From Alphaproteobacteria bacterium (GTDB taxonomy: Bacteria; Myxococcota_A; UBA796; GCA-2862545): a stretch of 64,000 nucleotides of DNA. The notes beneath the pieces are model-generated. The model saw only the letters and a program-made list of their open reading frames with translations, made no database searches and was not told the origin of the DNA. Numbering within the stretch: position 1 is the first letter of the stretch; every line of letters begins with the position of its first letter. Positions 25,797 to 34,573 of the stretch are shown one piece after another. The stretch covers positions 180,910 to 244,909 of the forward strand of contig JACKER010000007.1 of the NCBI GenBank assembly GCA_020632925.1, read 5' to 3'. A program made the position numbers and the translations under genes.

Positions 25797-27712
25797 ACCT
25801 CGTCCTCGTCGGCCTCCATCAGCGCCGCCACGTCGGGGTCGAGCGCCGGCTCCGGCTCGGGCTCCGCCGCGACCTCGTCCTCGGACTCGGGGAACTGGTG
25901 CCGGAGGAGCAGCGAGCGTCCGGCACCCTCCCCCAACGTCGCGACCCGGCGCACCAGCCGGAGGTGCGCGTCCCGACGGTCCTCGGCGGCGTCCAGCTCG
26001 ATCTGCGAGCCCACGGTGAGCGCCAGGTCGTCACCCGCGTGCAGGGCCTCCTCCGACAGCGCCCGCGCCAGCGCCAGCCCGCGCGGTGTGTTCGCCTCGG
26101 CCGACGTCGCCAGCACCCGGAGCGCGAGCGCGACCGCAGGACGCTCGGCGGCGCGGCCCGCCAGCGCGAGCAGGTGGTCTGCGTCCACCTCGCCCGTGGC
26201 TGCGCGCGCGAAGGCCAGCGCGATCTCGCCCTCGAGCCCCCGCGCCTGCGCCGCGACCCAGGGCACGGCGTCCTCGGGCCGCCCCTCGCGCCAGGCCTCC
26301 GCGAGCGCGTCGTTGAGCTGGAGCGGAGGCAGGGCGACCTGCGGCTGGAGGCGCGCGCTCGTCACCAGGACCCCGGCCATCCAGCCGGCGATGTGGTTGA
26401 ACGCCACATCCAGTCCCTTCGCCGCGCGGCGCAGACCGTTGCGGATGCCCGGCGGCGGCACCGCCCGCTGACGCACGGCCCGCGCGATCTCCACGAGCAG
26501 TTGCAGCACCTTGCCCACCTCGAGGTCCGCCTGCTGCGCGAGCCGGATCATCGCGGCCGGAGAGGTCTCGTCCGCCAGGACGTCGGCGGCGGCGAGCACG
26601 AAGAAGGCGGCGTCCGTCTTGAGGCGCGCGCAGGCTCCCGCCATCTTCTCGGCCGACTCGAGCGCGGCGTCGAAGATCCCCGCCATCGGGTCGCCACGTC
26701 CCCCCGTCAGCTCGGTGAGCAGCGCGTCCAGCCCGAGCGGATCGTCTTCGGGGACCACGTCGTCGGTCACCGGCAGCGACACCAGCCAGGAGGCGCCGGG
26801 GACGTGGGGGGCGAGGTCGTCGAGCAGCGCTCGCACGTGCTCGATCACCTCGACCGACGGCGACGGACCAGCCTCGAGCTCCTTGGGCGGCAGGGCCTCG
26901 AGCGTGGGGCGGACGAGCTCGAGCGACGTGGGGAGCCGCAGCTCCCGTGTGCGGACGTCGTCGTTGACCCTGTCCAGCACGGGCGCGGTCGTCGCCAGCT
27001 CGAGCATCAGGGTGGCGAACCCGTAGCCCTGCGACGGATCGGGCGTGGCCGACATCGCGTCGACCACGAGCAGCTGCGTGAGGGACAGGACCCGCGCGCG
27101 CGTCGTCACCAGGCGCCCGCCGCGATCCACCAGCGGCGGAGCGGCCGGGAGCAACAGGTGCGCCCAGGTCCGGTGGAGGAGGGAGCCGTCGGACAGGCGC
27201 GTGGCGGCCCGCACGAGCGGCGTGGGATCGCGCAGGACCACCTGCGGCGACAGCCCGATCCCGTCGGGGAGATCCTCGATCAGCTCGACCGGGTCCTCCT
27301 CGAGCGCTCGCAGCAGCTCCTCGTCCTCCTCGGCGAGCTCGCCCGTGGGCATGGTCTCGACGAACTTGGGTGCGTCCTGCCCGCGGCGGATCCCGGGGTT
27401 CCAGGAGCGGACCAGGTCCTCCATCTCGATGGGCGCGTCCGCGGGAGCGTCGTCGCCGCCGTAGTCCGCGCCGTCCTTGTCCGCGGTCTCGGGCCGCAGG
27501 ATGACGTCGGTCCCCTGGCCGGCCTCGCCCGCCTTCATGCCCCCGAGGCCGAGCAGGGCGGCGATCTCCTGGTTGCCCAGCTGGTCCTGGGCCGCGTCGC
27601 GCTGTTGCTCCTGCTGCTGTTCCTGCTGCTGCTCGAGCTCCTGCTCCTCCTCCTGTTCCTGTTGGGGGAGCTGCTTCTTGCGCAGGTCGTCGTTCGGATC
27701 CGGTCTGGCCAC
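25778..27712 (-). CDS. Hypothetical acidic protein with a Gln/Glu-rich low-complexity N-terminal segment
   Basis: Start GTG 27712 preceded by GGAGG. N-terminus ...RKKQLPQQEQEEEQELEQQQEQQQEQQ. The remainder is D/E/L/A-rich with no recognised motif. Divergent from the pseudokinase gene. Confidence 0.55.
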   Translation of the reverse strand: MARPDPNDDLRKKQLPQQEQEEEQELEQQQEQQQEQQRDAAQDQLGNQEIAALLGLGGMKAGEAGQGTDVILRPETADKDGADYGGDDAPADAPIEMEDLVRSWNPGIRRGQDAPKFVETMPTGELAEEDEELLRALEEDPVELIEDLPDGIGLSPQVVLRDPTPLVRAATRLSDGSLLHRTWAHLLLPAAPPLVDRGGRLVTTRARVLSLTQLLVVDAMSATPDPSQGYGFATLMLELATTAPVLDRVNDDVRTRELRLPTSLELVRPTLEALPPKELEAGPSPSVEVIEHVRALLDDLAPHVPGASWLVSLPVTDDVVPEDDPLGLDALLTELTGGRGDPMAGIFDAALESAEKMAGACARLKTDAAFFVLAAADVLADETSPAAMIRLAQQADLEVGKVLQLLVEIARAVRQRAVPPPGIRNGLRRAAKGLDVAFNHIAGWMAGVLVTSARLQPQVALPPLQLNDALAEAWREGRPEDAVPWVAAQARGLEGEIALAFARAATGEVDADHLLALAGRAAERPAVALALRVLATSAEANTPRGLALARALSEEALHAGDDLALTVGSQIELDAAEDRRDAHLRLVRRVATLGEGAGRSLLLRHQFPESEDEVAAEPEPEPALDPDVAALMEADEDEVQAAGA

Positions 27713-27758
27713 GCGGCCTCCGCGGTAAGGATAGCGCGGAGGTGGTACTCTCCCCGCG

Positions 27759-29753
27759 ATGGCGGAGTCGAGCATCGCGGGCATGGCCCCCACCGGCCGG
27801 AAGCTCTCCGGACCGGGGATGGAGATCAGGGAGCTTGCGGCGGCCAACGGGCTGAAGCACCTGGCGTTCGTCCACGACGAGTCGCTGCGGTCGCACCCGG
27901 CGCTCGGGCCCGAGGTCCAGGCGCGGCTCGGGTTCATGGAGCAGCCCGAGGTCGGCGGGATGGTGCGGCTGGCCTGGCACGACGGCGCCACCGGCACCTT
28001 CGTGTACCCGACGGGCACGGTCTGGACCGTCGCCGAGGTCGTCCGGCAGTACGCAGACTCCGGGGACGCGCCCGGGGTGAAGGCCGGGCTCGAGCTGGCG
28101 TACCTCGTGGGCGAGACGCTGGTGGAGGCGGCGGAGGCCGGTGTGGGGCAGGGGATCCCGTGCCACGGCAACGTCAGCCCCTGGACGGTCGGGATCAAGG
28201 GCGACGGGCAGCCCGTGGTCATGCTGTACGGGGTGCCCCAGGCGGAGGTCCTGGCCTGGCGCGAGAACCCCAAGCGCGCGCTCTCGGAGGACGCCTTCCG
28301 GTACGCGCCGCCCGAGCGCCTCGAGGGTGATCGTCCCGAGGACGTCTCGTCCGATCTGCTGTCGCTGGCACTCGTCGCCCTCGAGGTGATGGTGGGGCGC
28401 CCGGTCTACGACGGCGTCGTGGCCGACGTTCGGCAACAGGCGAGCCGTGGGGAGGGCGTCCGCCGGCTCTACCAGTGGCGCGAGAAGCTCCCCCAGAACG
28501 TGCGCGAGGTCATGGGTCGCGCCCTCAAGCCGGACCCGGACACCCGCTTCCCGAACGGCATGGAGTTCGTGTATGCGGTGCACGATCTCCTCGGCAGCAT
28601 CGACGTCGAAGGGCCCTCCCTGGTCGAGGTGATGGCGCGCGTGCGCGCATCGGAGCGCCGAGCACGCAGCAGCGGCACTCGGACCGGCGCGCTCACACCG
28701 GAGGAGCTGCGGGAGATCGCGGCCGACCTGGACGAGGTCGAGGACCGACCCCTGCCTCCGCCCCGCCGCGCGCGCCCGGAGGCCGCCGACGAGGACGAGC
28801 CCGCGGAGAAGCCGCGCTGGACCCGGGTCACGCGCAACGCCGACCGCCGCGCCGACGCCGGCGAGACCACGGGCGGTGGTGCGCCCCAGGCCACGGGGCG
28901 CCAGCTGACGGGACGGCGCGAGCGTCCGGCGGTCACGCGCGACGAGCCGCCACCGGGGCAGGCCACCGGCGCGCACGATCGACCGCGTCGGCGGCTGCGC
29001 GGCGACGGCTCGGTGACCGGCACCCAACCGCGCCCCTCGGCCCAGGCGGCCATCGAGGACGACACCGCTGCCCGGGACCGTCTCCGCCGCCGGCTGCGGT
29101 CGTCACGGACCGCCGAGATCCCCGCCCGCCCGGAGCCCCTCGACACGGGGCAGCTCGCGGGCCTCGACCTCGACGCCCCCGACGACGTCGATCTGGAGCC
29201 CGTCACGGGTCGCCCGCCCGCCCTCGACACCGCCGAGGTCATGAGCGCCGCTCCCGCTCCCGCTCCCGCTCCCGCTCCCGCTCCCGCTCCCGCTCCCGTT
29301 CCCGCTCCCGCTCCCGCTCCCGCTCCCGTTCCGGCTCCGGCAGACACGCTGTCGAGGCGGATGCGGCGCGAACGCCCCGAGCCTGCTCCGGCCGTGGAGG
29401 ACGAGCCGCTGCTCGAGGACTCCACTGCGGAGCGGAGCGCTGCCGCCGCGCTGCTCGAGCGCCTGCGGACCTCTGGTGGCCGCCGTCGTCGACGCGCCCC
29501 GGAGCCCGAGCCGCCGGCCCCCGTCGCGGCCGACGACGAGCCGATCACGGCGGTGGTGGACGTGCCGCCGGAGGCGCCCGAGCCCCAGCGTCTCCCGGGT
29601 CGGGTCGTGGCCGAGGCCGGACGCCCGCGCGCGCCCCGCCGACGCCCGCGCCCCCGCCGACGCCCGCGCCCCCGCCGACGCCCCGGCCCGCGGTGGCTGC
29701 GCCGGCCCCAGCGGAGCCTGCGCCCGCCGCGCCCAGGGATGGGGACTGCCTGA
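27759..29753 (+). CDS. Pseudokinase (degenerate protein-kinase fold) with a long Pro/Ala/Arg-rich disordered tail; apparent frameshift near 29600-29700
   Basis: Kinase-like fold retaining FRYAPPERL (APE-like), but with no GxGxxG, HRD replaced by CHGN and DFG replaced by LYG. Contains (AP)n encoded by (GCTCCC)n at 29246..29335. The frame-0 tail becomes PRRRPRP-type, whereas the +2 frame continues as PAPPPTP... into a folded domain ending at 30184. Confidence 0.6.
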   Translation: MAESSIAGMAPTGRKLSGPGMEIRELAAANGLKHLAFVHDESLRSHPALGPEVQARLGFMEQPEVGGMVRLAWHDGATGTFVYPTGTVWTVAEVVRQYADSGDAPGVKAGLELAYLVGETLVEAAEAGVGQGIPCHGNVSPWTVGIKGDGQPVVMLYGVPQAEVLAWRENPKRALSEDAFRYAPPERLEGDRPEDVSSDLLSLALVALEVMVGRPVYDGVVADVRQQASRGEGVRRLYQWREKLPQNVREVMGRALKPDPDTRFPNGMEFVYAVHDLLGSIDVEGPSLVEVMARVRASERRARSSGTRTGALTPEELREIAADLDEVEDRPLPPPRRARPEAADEDEPAEKPRWTRVTRNADRRADAGETTGGGAPQATGRQLTGRRERPAVTRDEPPPGQATGAHDRPRRRLRGDGSVTGTQPRPSAQAAIEDDTAARDRLRRRLRSSRTAEIPARPEPLDTGQLAGLDLDAPDDVDLEPVTGRPPALDTAEVMSAAPAPAPAPAPAPAPAPVPAPAPAPAPVPAPADTLSRRMRRERPEPAPAVEDEPLLEDSTAERSAAAALLERLRTSGGRRRRRAPEPEPPAPVAADDEPITAVVDVPPEAPEPQRLPGRVVAEAGRPRAPRRRPRPRRRPRPRRRPGPRWLRRPQRSLRPPRPGMGTA

Positions 29754-30184
29754 TCACCACCGGCGACGATCTCGCCAGCCTCCCGATCGGTCCGGCGGGT
29801 GCGGTCGCGCTCCGGGCGGCGGTGGAGCTCGGGTTGCTCCCGATCGAGCCCGGCGGGCAGTGGACCGGTGCGGTCCGCCTCTTCCGCGACGGGAAGCCGC
29901 TCGCGTCCACCGCCGAGCTCGAGGTCGGCGGCCACTACCTGCTCGAGGTGGAGCCGGTGGCGGTGCGGCTCGTGGACGTGCACGTCGACGGCGATCCCCC
30001 GATCCGGCTGCGAACGCCGCTGGCCCTCGGTGTGCCGAGCGGGGCGCTGGCGCGGTCGCTGGCGGCGATGCTCGGGCTCGAGACCGCCGGGTGGTCGCTG
30101 GAGGTGGGCGGCGCGCTCGCCGATCCGCACGCTCCGCTGATCGACGCGTTGGGTGACGGGCGCGAGGTCCACCTGGTGAGGTGA
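29693..30184 (+). CDS. Tandem beta-grasp (ubiquitin-like) domain segment; either the C-terminus of the pseudokinase after a frameshift or a separate small ORF
   Basis: Frame +2. Candidate start GTG 29693. Sequence ...VRLVDVHVDGDPPIRLRTPLALGVPSGALARSLAAMLGLETAGWSLEVGGALADPHAPLIDALGDGREVHLVR resembles the N-terminal domain of the 24879 protein. Confidence 0.4.
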   Translation: MAAPAPAEPAPAAPRDGDCLITTGDDLASLPIGPAGAVALRAAVELGLLPIEPGGQWTGAVRLFRDGKPLASTAELEVGGHYLLEVEPVAVRLVDVHVDGDPPIRLRTPLALGVPSGALARSLAAMLGLETAGWSLEVGGALADPHAPLIDALGDGREVHLVR

Positions 30185-30327
30185 CGCCCTTCCCCGCGGC
30201 CCGGCGGTTCGGGTAGACTTCGGGAGTCGGTCGCCGTCGCGCGCCGTCGGGTCGGAACTCCTCCCGCCCCAGGCATCGCGCGGCCCCCGGTCGGCATGCG
30301 AACTCCCCACCCCCTCCAGGGAGCGCC

Positions 30328-32025
30328 GTGACGCAGCAGGAACGCTGGGATGTGGTGCTGAAGGTCCTCAATGGGCCCTTGGTCGCCTCGGGGGAGCAGG
30401 TCATCCGCGGGCCCGTCGTGCGCCTGGGTGGCAACCCGGGTCCCGGCGGCTTCAAGCTCGGCGGATATCGCGGGCTGGACGCGCGTCAGGCCGTGATCAC
30501 GGCGTACACGGGCGGGTCGGCCTCGGTCGCCCCCGTCGGCACCAACCAGGTCCGCCTCGCGCCCCACCCGAACGTCAACTGGCAGGAGATCGACCCGATC
30601 AACGGCCCGGAGTACCTCTCTCCGGGTTGCGCCATCCACCTGGGTCCGGTCGGGCGCGGCGCGACCATCGAGTACATCGAGTGCCGGCGCCTGGGCCTGT
30701 GGCAGGAGGGGCGGCTCGCGTCCGAGGCCTCCGACGTGCCCGAGGGCCAGATCGCCGCCGGGTCCTCGGTCCAGCGCAACGTGCGCGTCGGCGCCATCCC
30801 CGCGGCCTACGACGCGCGTCGGGTCGGCCGGATCCAGACGAGCTTCGCACCCGTGTGGTTCCTCGGCTGCAGCTTCCTGATGACGACGGGAGCGGCCGGC
30901 ATCATCGGCATCGCGGGCGCCTTCTTCTTCCTGCTGCGCGAGGTGAAGCCGCTCGGTCCGGAAGACGAGGGGTACGAGTTCTACGAGAGCGTCGCCGTCG
31001 AGCAGCTCGACACCATCGACCCGCGCCTCTACACCGGGCTCGAGCAGCCCTACATCAAGTTCGTGATGGAGCCGAACATCGCGGCCGCCGGGCTCGCCGG
31101 CAAGGGCTTCGAGAAGCCGGAGCGTTGGGATCAGGCGCTGTTCAAGTACGTCGCCGCCTCCGTCAACCTCCACGTGAAGAGCTGGGCCTTCTTCACGCGC
31201 CTCGAGGACGTGCACGTCGAGTACAGCAAGGTCGTGCTGGCGCTGCGCAGGGAGGGGCTGCCCGAGGTCCTCGCGGCCATCCCGTACCAGGAGAGCCGGT
31301 ACAACGCCTCCATCACGTCCGAGGTCTGCGCCGAGGGCTGGTGGCAGCTGATGCCCGAGTACGGGTATCGCTTCAGCCAGGTCGTCCCGATGGACTTCCA
31401 CGTGTCGGGCTGCCGCTTCCACGGCGCGGACTCCGTCGCCTGGACCCCCACCGAGCCCACCCCGCCACCGGGCGTCCGGCAGAACGCGGTCTACATCGAC
31501 AACGACCAGTGCATGATCGACAAGTGCACGACCGATGACCGCAAGGACCTCGAGAAGGCGACGGACGTGGCGATCTACACGCTCAAGGAGGCGTGGCAGG
31601 ACAACCTGATCGCGGACTCGGGCGCCGCCGTCCAGCTCGTGATCACCAGCCACAACGCGGGCTACGACGACGGCCGCTTCGGCCCCCGGTACAAGAAGCG
31701 CTTCAACGTGAAGCCCGCGCTGCAGACCTGGATCGACAAGAACGGCCAGGACGCCGCCGTCTCCTTCCTCGGCCAGCAGATCCGGTGCCGCGACCCCCGC
31801 GAGCGCAGCAGCTGCGACGCGCTGCTGATGGCGGAGACCCAGCACTACGCGTACAGCATCATCGCCCAGCACACGCTCGCGGTCTGCTACTACGCCAAGA
31901 ACTACGGGGAGGATCCGGCGTTCCGCCCGTGGCTCTTCTTCGTCGGCAAGGACGGCTACTGCGAGCAGTTCAGCATCCCGTCCAAGGACGAGGTCCGCTC
32001 GCGACGGAAGGGAGGGCAGCGGTGA
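30328..32025 (+). CDS. Membrane-anchored lytic transglycosylase (GH23/SLT domain) with a cytoplasmic N-terminal domain
   Basis: Start GTG 30328 preceded by AGGGAG. TM helix FLGCSFLMTTGAAGIIGIAGAFFFLL. SLT motifs AIPYQESRYN (catalytic E-S), WWQLMPE and TSHNAGY (AYNAG-like). Confidence 0.75.
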   Translation: MTQQERWDVVLKVLNGPLVASGEQVIRGPVVRLGGNPGPGGFKLGGYRGLDARQAVITAYTGGSASVAPVGTNQVRLAPHPNVNWQEIDPINGPEYLSPGCAIHLGPVGRGATIEYIECRRLGLWQEGRLASEASDVPEGQIAAGSSVQRNVRVGAIPAAYDARRVGRIQTSFAPVWFLGCSFLMTTGAAGIIGIAGAFFFLLREVKPLGPEDEGYEFYESVAVEQLDTIDPRLYTGLEQPYIKFVMEPNIAAAGLAGKGFEKPERWDQALFKYVAASVNLHVKSWAFFTRLEDVHVEYSKVVLALRREGLPEVLAAIPYQESRYNASITSEVCAEGWWQLMPEYGYRFSQVVPMDFHVSGCRFHGADSVAWTPTEPTPPPGVRQNAVYIDNDQCMIDKCTTDDRKDLEKATDVAIYTLKEAWQDNLIADSGAAVQLVITSHNAGYDDGRFGPRYKKRFNVKPALQTWIDKNGQDAAVSFLGQQIRCRDPRERSSCDALLMAETQHYAYSIIAQHTLAVCYYAKNYGEDPAFRPWLFFVGKDGYCEQFSIPSKDEVRSRRKGGQR

Positions 32026-32723
32026 CCTGGCGTCCCTGGGTGGTCTTCGCCGTGCTCATGCTGGCAGCGTTGCTGAACGGCACGCTGATCATCGTGGAGC
32101 AGATCCCGAAGATCGACGCTGGCCCCGAGATCATCAAGGTCGACGAGCGTCTGCGGACCCTGCAGTACACGGCCGCCAACCGTCGGGCCAACTTCGAGGT
32201 CATGGGGATGGACCCCGAGCTGGCGGACGCGACCGCCCGGTGGATCAACCGGTACGAGAAGCAGCAGGCCGAACGGATCTACAAGATGCTCGAGGAGCAG
32301 TCCGCCGAGGTCGCGGACGTGTTCTGTTCGTCCGAGCGGGCGCCCCAGCCCTACGCCGCCATGCGGTACCTGGTGTACGAGGAGAACGGCGTCCGCCAGG
32401 TCGTGAACCCGCTCGCGATGCGGCGCTTCGAGTTCCAGGACTGGTACGCGACCTCCTACGTCGACGCCCTGTACGACCACTTCGAGCGCAGCCAGGCGCG
32501 GAAGCCGGACGCCACGATCATGGCGGTCGGCGCCGTGTTCACGAAGCGCGAGATCGATGCGTTGGACGGAGTGGCACCCTGGTCCCTCGGGCTCGTCGGC
32601 TCCTGGGGCTTCGGCCGACTCACGAAGAAAGAGCCACGCGTGCAGGCGTTGGTCGTGGAGTACTTCGCGCTGATGCACTTCATCACCGAATTGGCGAATC
32701 TCAAGCGGGGGATCTGCGCGTGA
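32022..32723 (+). CDS. Hypothetical membrane-anchored protein
   Basis: Start GTG 32022 overlaps the upstream stop (GTGA), with a GGAGGG Shine-Dalgarno. N-terminal TM helix VVFAVLMLAALLNGTLIIV. K/E/Y-containing natural composition. Confidence 0.6.
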   Translation: MTWRPWVVFAVLMLAALLNGTLIIVEQIPKIDAGPEIIKVDERLRTLQYTAANRRANFEVMGMDPELADATARWINRYEKQQAERIYKMLEEQSAEVADVFCSSERAPQPYAAMRYLVYEENGVRQVVNPLAMRRFEFQDWYATSYVDALYDHFERSQARKPDATIMAVGAVFTKREIDALDGVAPWSLGLVGSWGFGRLTKKEPRVQALVVEYFALMHFITELANLKRGICA

Positions 32724-32859
32724 GACCCGTTGGAGACGCACACCTGCCGCTGCTCGGTACGCACCTGCGGTATAGTCCGCCCGGTGCCAGCTCCGAGGGA
32801 CGAGTGATCGACGCGAGCGTGCGTCCGCAGCGCGACGGGACGGTGGAGCGGACCACGCG

Positions 32860-34560
32860 ATGAGCGTCGCCCGCCGCCGATTCCGGATCATCAAGGAGAT
32901 CGCCGAGGGAGGCTTCGGAAAGGTCTACCTCGCCGAGCAGATCTCCTCGGACGGCTTCTCGCGCATCGTCGCGGTGAAGCTGCTGCACGCGAAGTGGTCG
33001 AGCCACGACGAGGTCGTCCAGCGGACGCGCGACGAGGCTCGCCTGCTCGGGCTCATCCGCCACCAGCACATCGTGAAGGTCGAGGATCTCACGGCGATCG
33101 ACGGCAAGTGCGCGATCGTCATGGAGTACCTCGAGGGCGTCGATCTCAAGTGGATGATCCAGTACCTGAAGGACCGGAACCTCGTGTTCCCCCGGGCGGC
33201 GCTGTTCGAGATCATCCTCGCCGCGGCCTCCGCGCTCGACGCCGCGTACAACTCGACCCCCCTGCAGGGTGGGGAGACGCTCAAGGTCATCCACCGCGAC
33301 ATCAAGCCGTCGAACGTCTTCGTGACGGTCGCGGGCGGCGTGAAGGTGCTGGACTTCGGAACGGCGCGGGCGAACTTCGCCGAGCGCGAGGCCAAGACCC
33401 AGGCGCTCGCCTTCGGCTCCCAGGGGTACATGGCCCCCGAGCGCATGCTCGGCGAGGAAGACACGCCCGCCGCCGACATCTTCTCGCTCGGCATCACCCT
33501 GTACGAGCTGCTCACGCTGGAGAGCTTCGGACGCATCCCGCCGCGCCCGAACAAGTTCCAGAAGAAGATCGACGAGCGCGTCGCCGCGGTGAAGCTCGAG
33601 GGCGAGAAGGAGTGGGTCGAGCAGGTCCGCGACACGCTGCGGCTGATGCTCTCCTACGACCCGAAGGAGCGGCCGACCGCGCAGCAGCTCGTCGAGATCA
33701 TGGAGTTCCTGTCCCAGGAGGCGACCGACACGGGGCTTCGGCGCTACTGCCGGACGGTGGTGGCCGAGGCCAAGGCGGCGCTTCCGGATCTCGAGACGGG
33801 GGACCCGCTCAACGGCGCCGTCGTCGAGGAGGACGCCTCGATCGGGTCGCCCGCGCTCTCCTCGAGCGGCAGCATGCCGAGCGTGCCCGGGGTGGGTGCA
33901 CCGCCACCCCCGCCGAACGCCATCCGCTCGGTCAACCCAGCCGGAGCGACGGGCAGCACGTCCCACTCCGGGCCCAGCCTGGACGCCTCACCCTCGGGTC
34001 CGTACGGCAACACCGGTCCGCACCCCCCGTCGACGACCTCGGGTGGGGGCGGGAAGACGGCCATGATCGCGCTCGCCGTGGGCCTGTTGCTCCTGGTGGC
34101 CGGGATCGCCGCGATCGTCGTGGTGACCGGCGTGGGCGGCATCGTGTACATCGGATCGGGCGAGACCGTGGCCAACCCGGTCCCCGTGCCGGTCCCCGGC
34201 CCCGATCCGGTCCCCGAGCCAGCCCATCCCACACCCGCACCCGAGCCCGAGCTGGCGGGTGGACGCGTGATCTCGCCCGACAGCCGCGCCGACGCCAAGC
34301 GGGTGCCGACGGTGCTCACGTTCGGTGATCCCGCGGGCGCGAAGGTCGAGATCAAGGGACCCAGCGGGTACAAGGCGGAGTGGGACGGCAAGGCGCCGTT
34401 CGATCTCGGCGGGGCAGCCGGCGACGGGGCGTACGTGACGGTGGTCGCGACGGCCAGCAAGACGTACCGCCTCAAGCGCTTCACGGTCGAAGCGGGCAAG
34501 GCGAACTGCAGCTTCATGTTCGACCCGGCGGCTGGGGAGTGGACGGGGGGCTGCAACTGA
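32860..34560 (+). CDS. Ser/Thr protein kinase with TM helix and C-terminal PEGA-like extracellular domain
   Basis: GGFGKVY, AVKL, HRDIKPSNVFV, DFGTA, GYMAPE. Then a Pro-rich linker, a TM helix (IALAVGLLLLVAGIAAIVVV) and a beta-rich C-terminal domain. Confidence 0.88.
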   Translation: MSVARRRFRIIKEIAEGGFGKVYLAEQISSDGFSRIVAVKLLHAKWSSHDEVVQRTRDEARLLGLIRHQHIVKVEDLTAIDGKCAIVMEYLEGVDLKWMIQYLKDRNLVFPRAALFEIILAAASALDAAYNSTPLQGGETLKVIHRDIKPSNVFVTVAGGVKVLDFGTARANFAEREAKTQALAFGSQGYMAPERMLGEEDTPAADIFSLGITLYELLTLESFGRIPPRPNKFQKKIDERVAAVKLEGEKEWVEQVRDTLRLMLSYDPKERPTAQQLVEIMEFLSQEATDTGLRRYCRTVVAEAKAALPDLETGDPLNGAVVEEDASIGSPALSSSGSMPSVPGVGAPPPPPNAIRSVNPAGATGSTSHSGPSLDASPSGPYGNTGPHPPSTTSGGGGKTAMIALAVGLLLLVAGIAAIVVVTGVGGIVYIGSGETVANPVPVPVPGPDPVPEPAHPTPAPEPELAGGRVISPDSRADAKRVPTVLTFGDPAGAKVEIKGPSGYKAEWDGKAPFDLGGAAGDGAYVTVVATASKTYRLKRFTVEAGKANCSFMFDPAAGEWTGGCN

Positions 34561-34573
34561 TGCCGGCCCGGGC

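Noticed and set aside
26031-29027. 998-aa minus ORF across the pseudokinase region
   Set aside because: Antisense to a CDS that has a kinase-like fold. Composition Arg/Gly/Ala/Pro-dominated.
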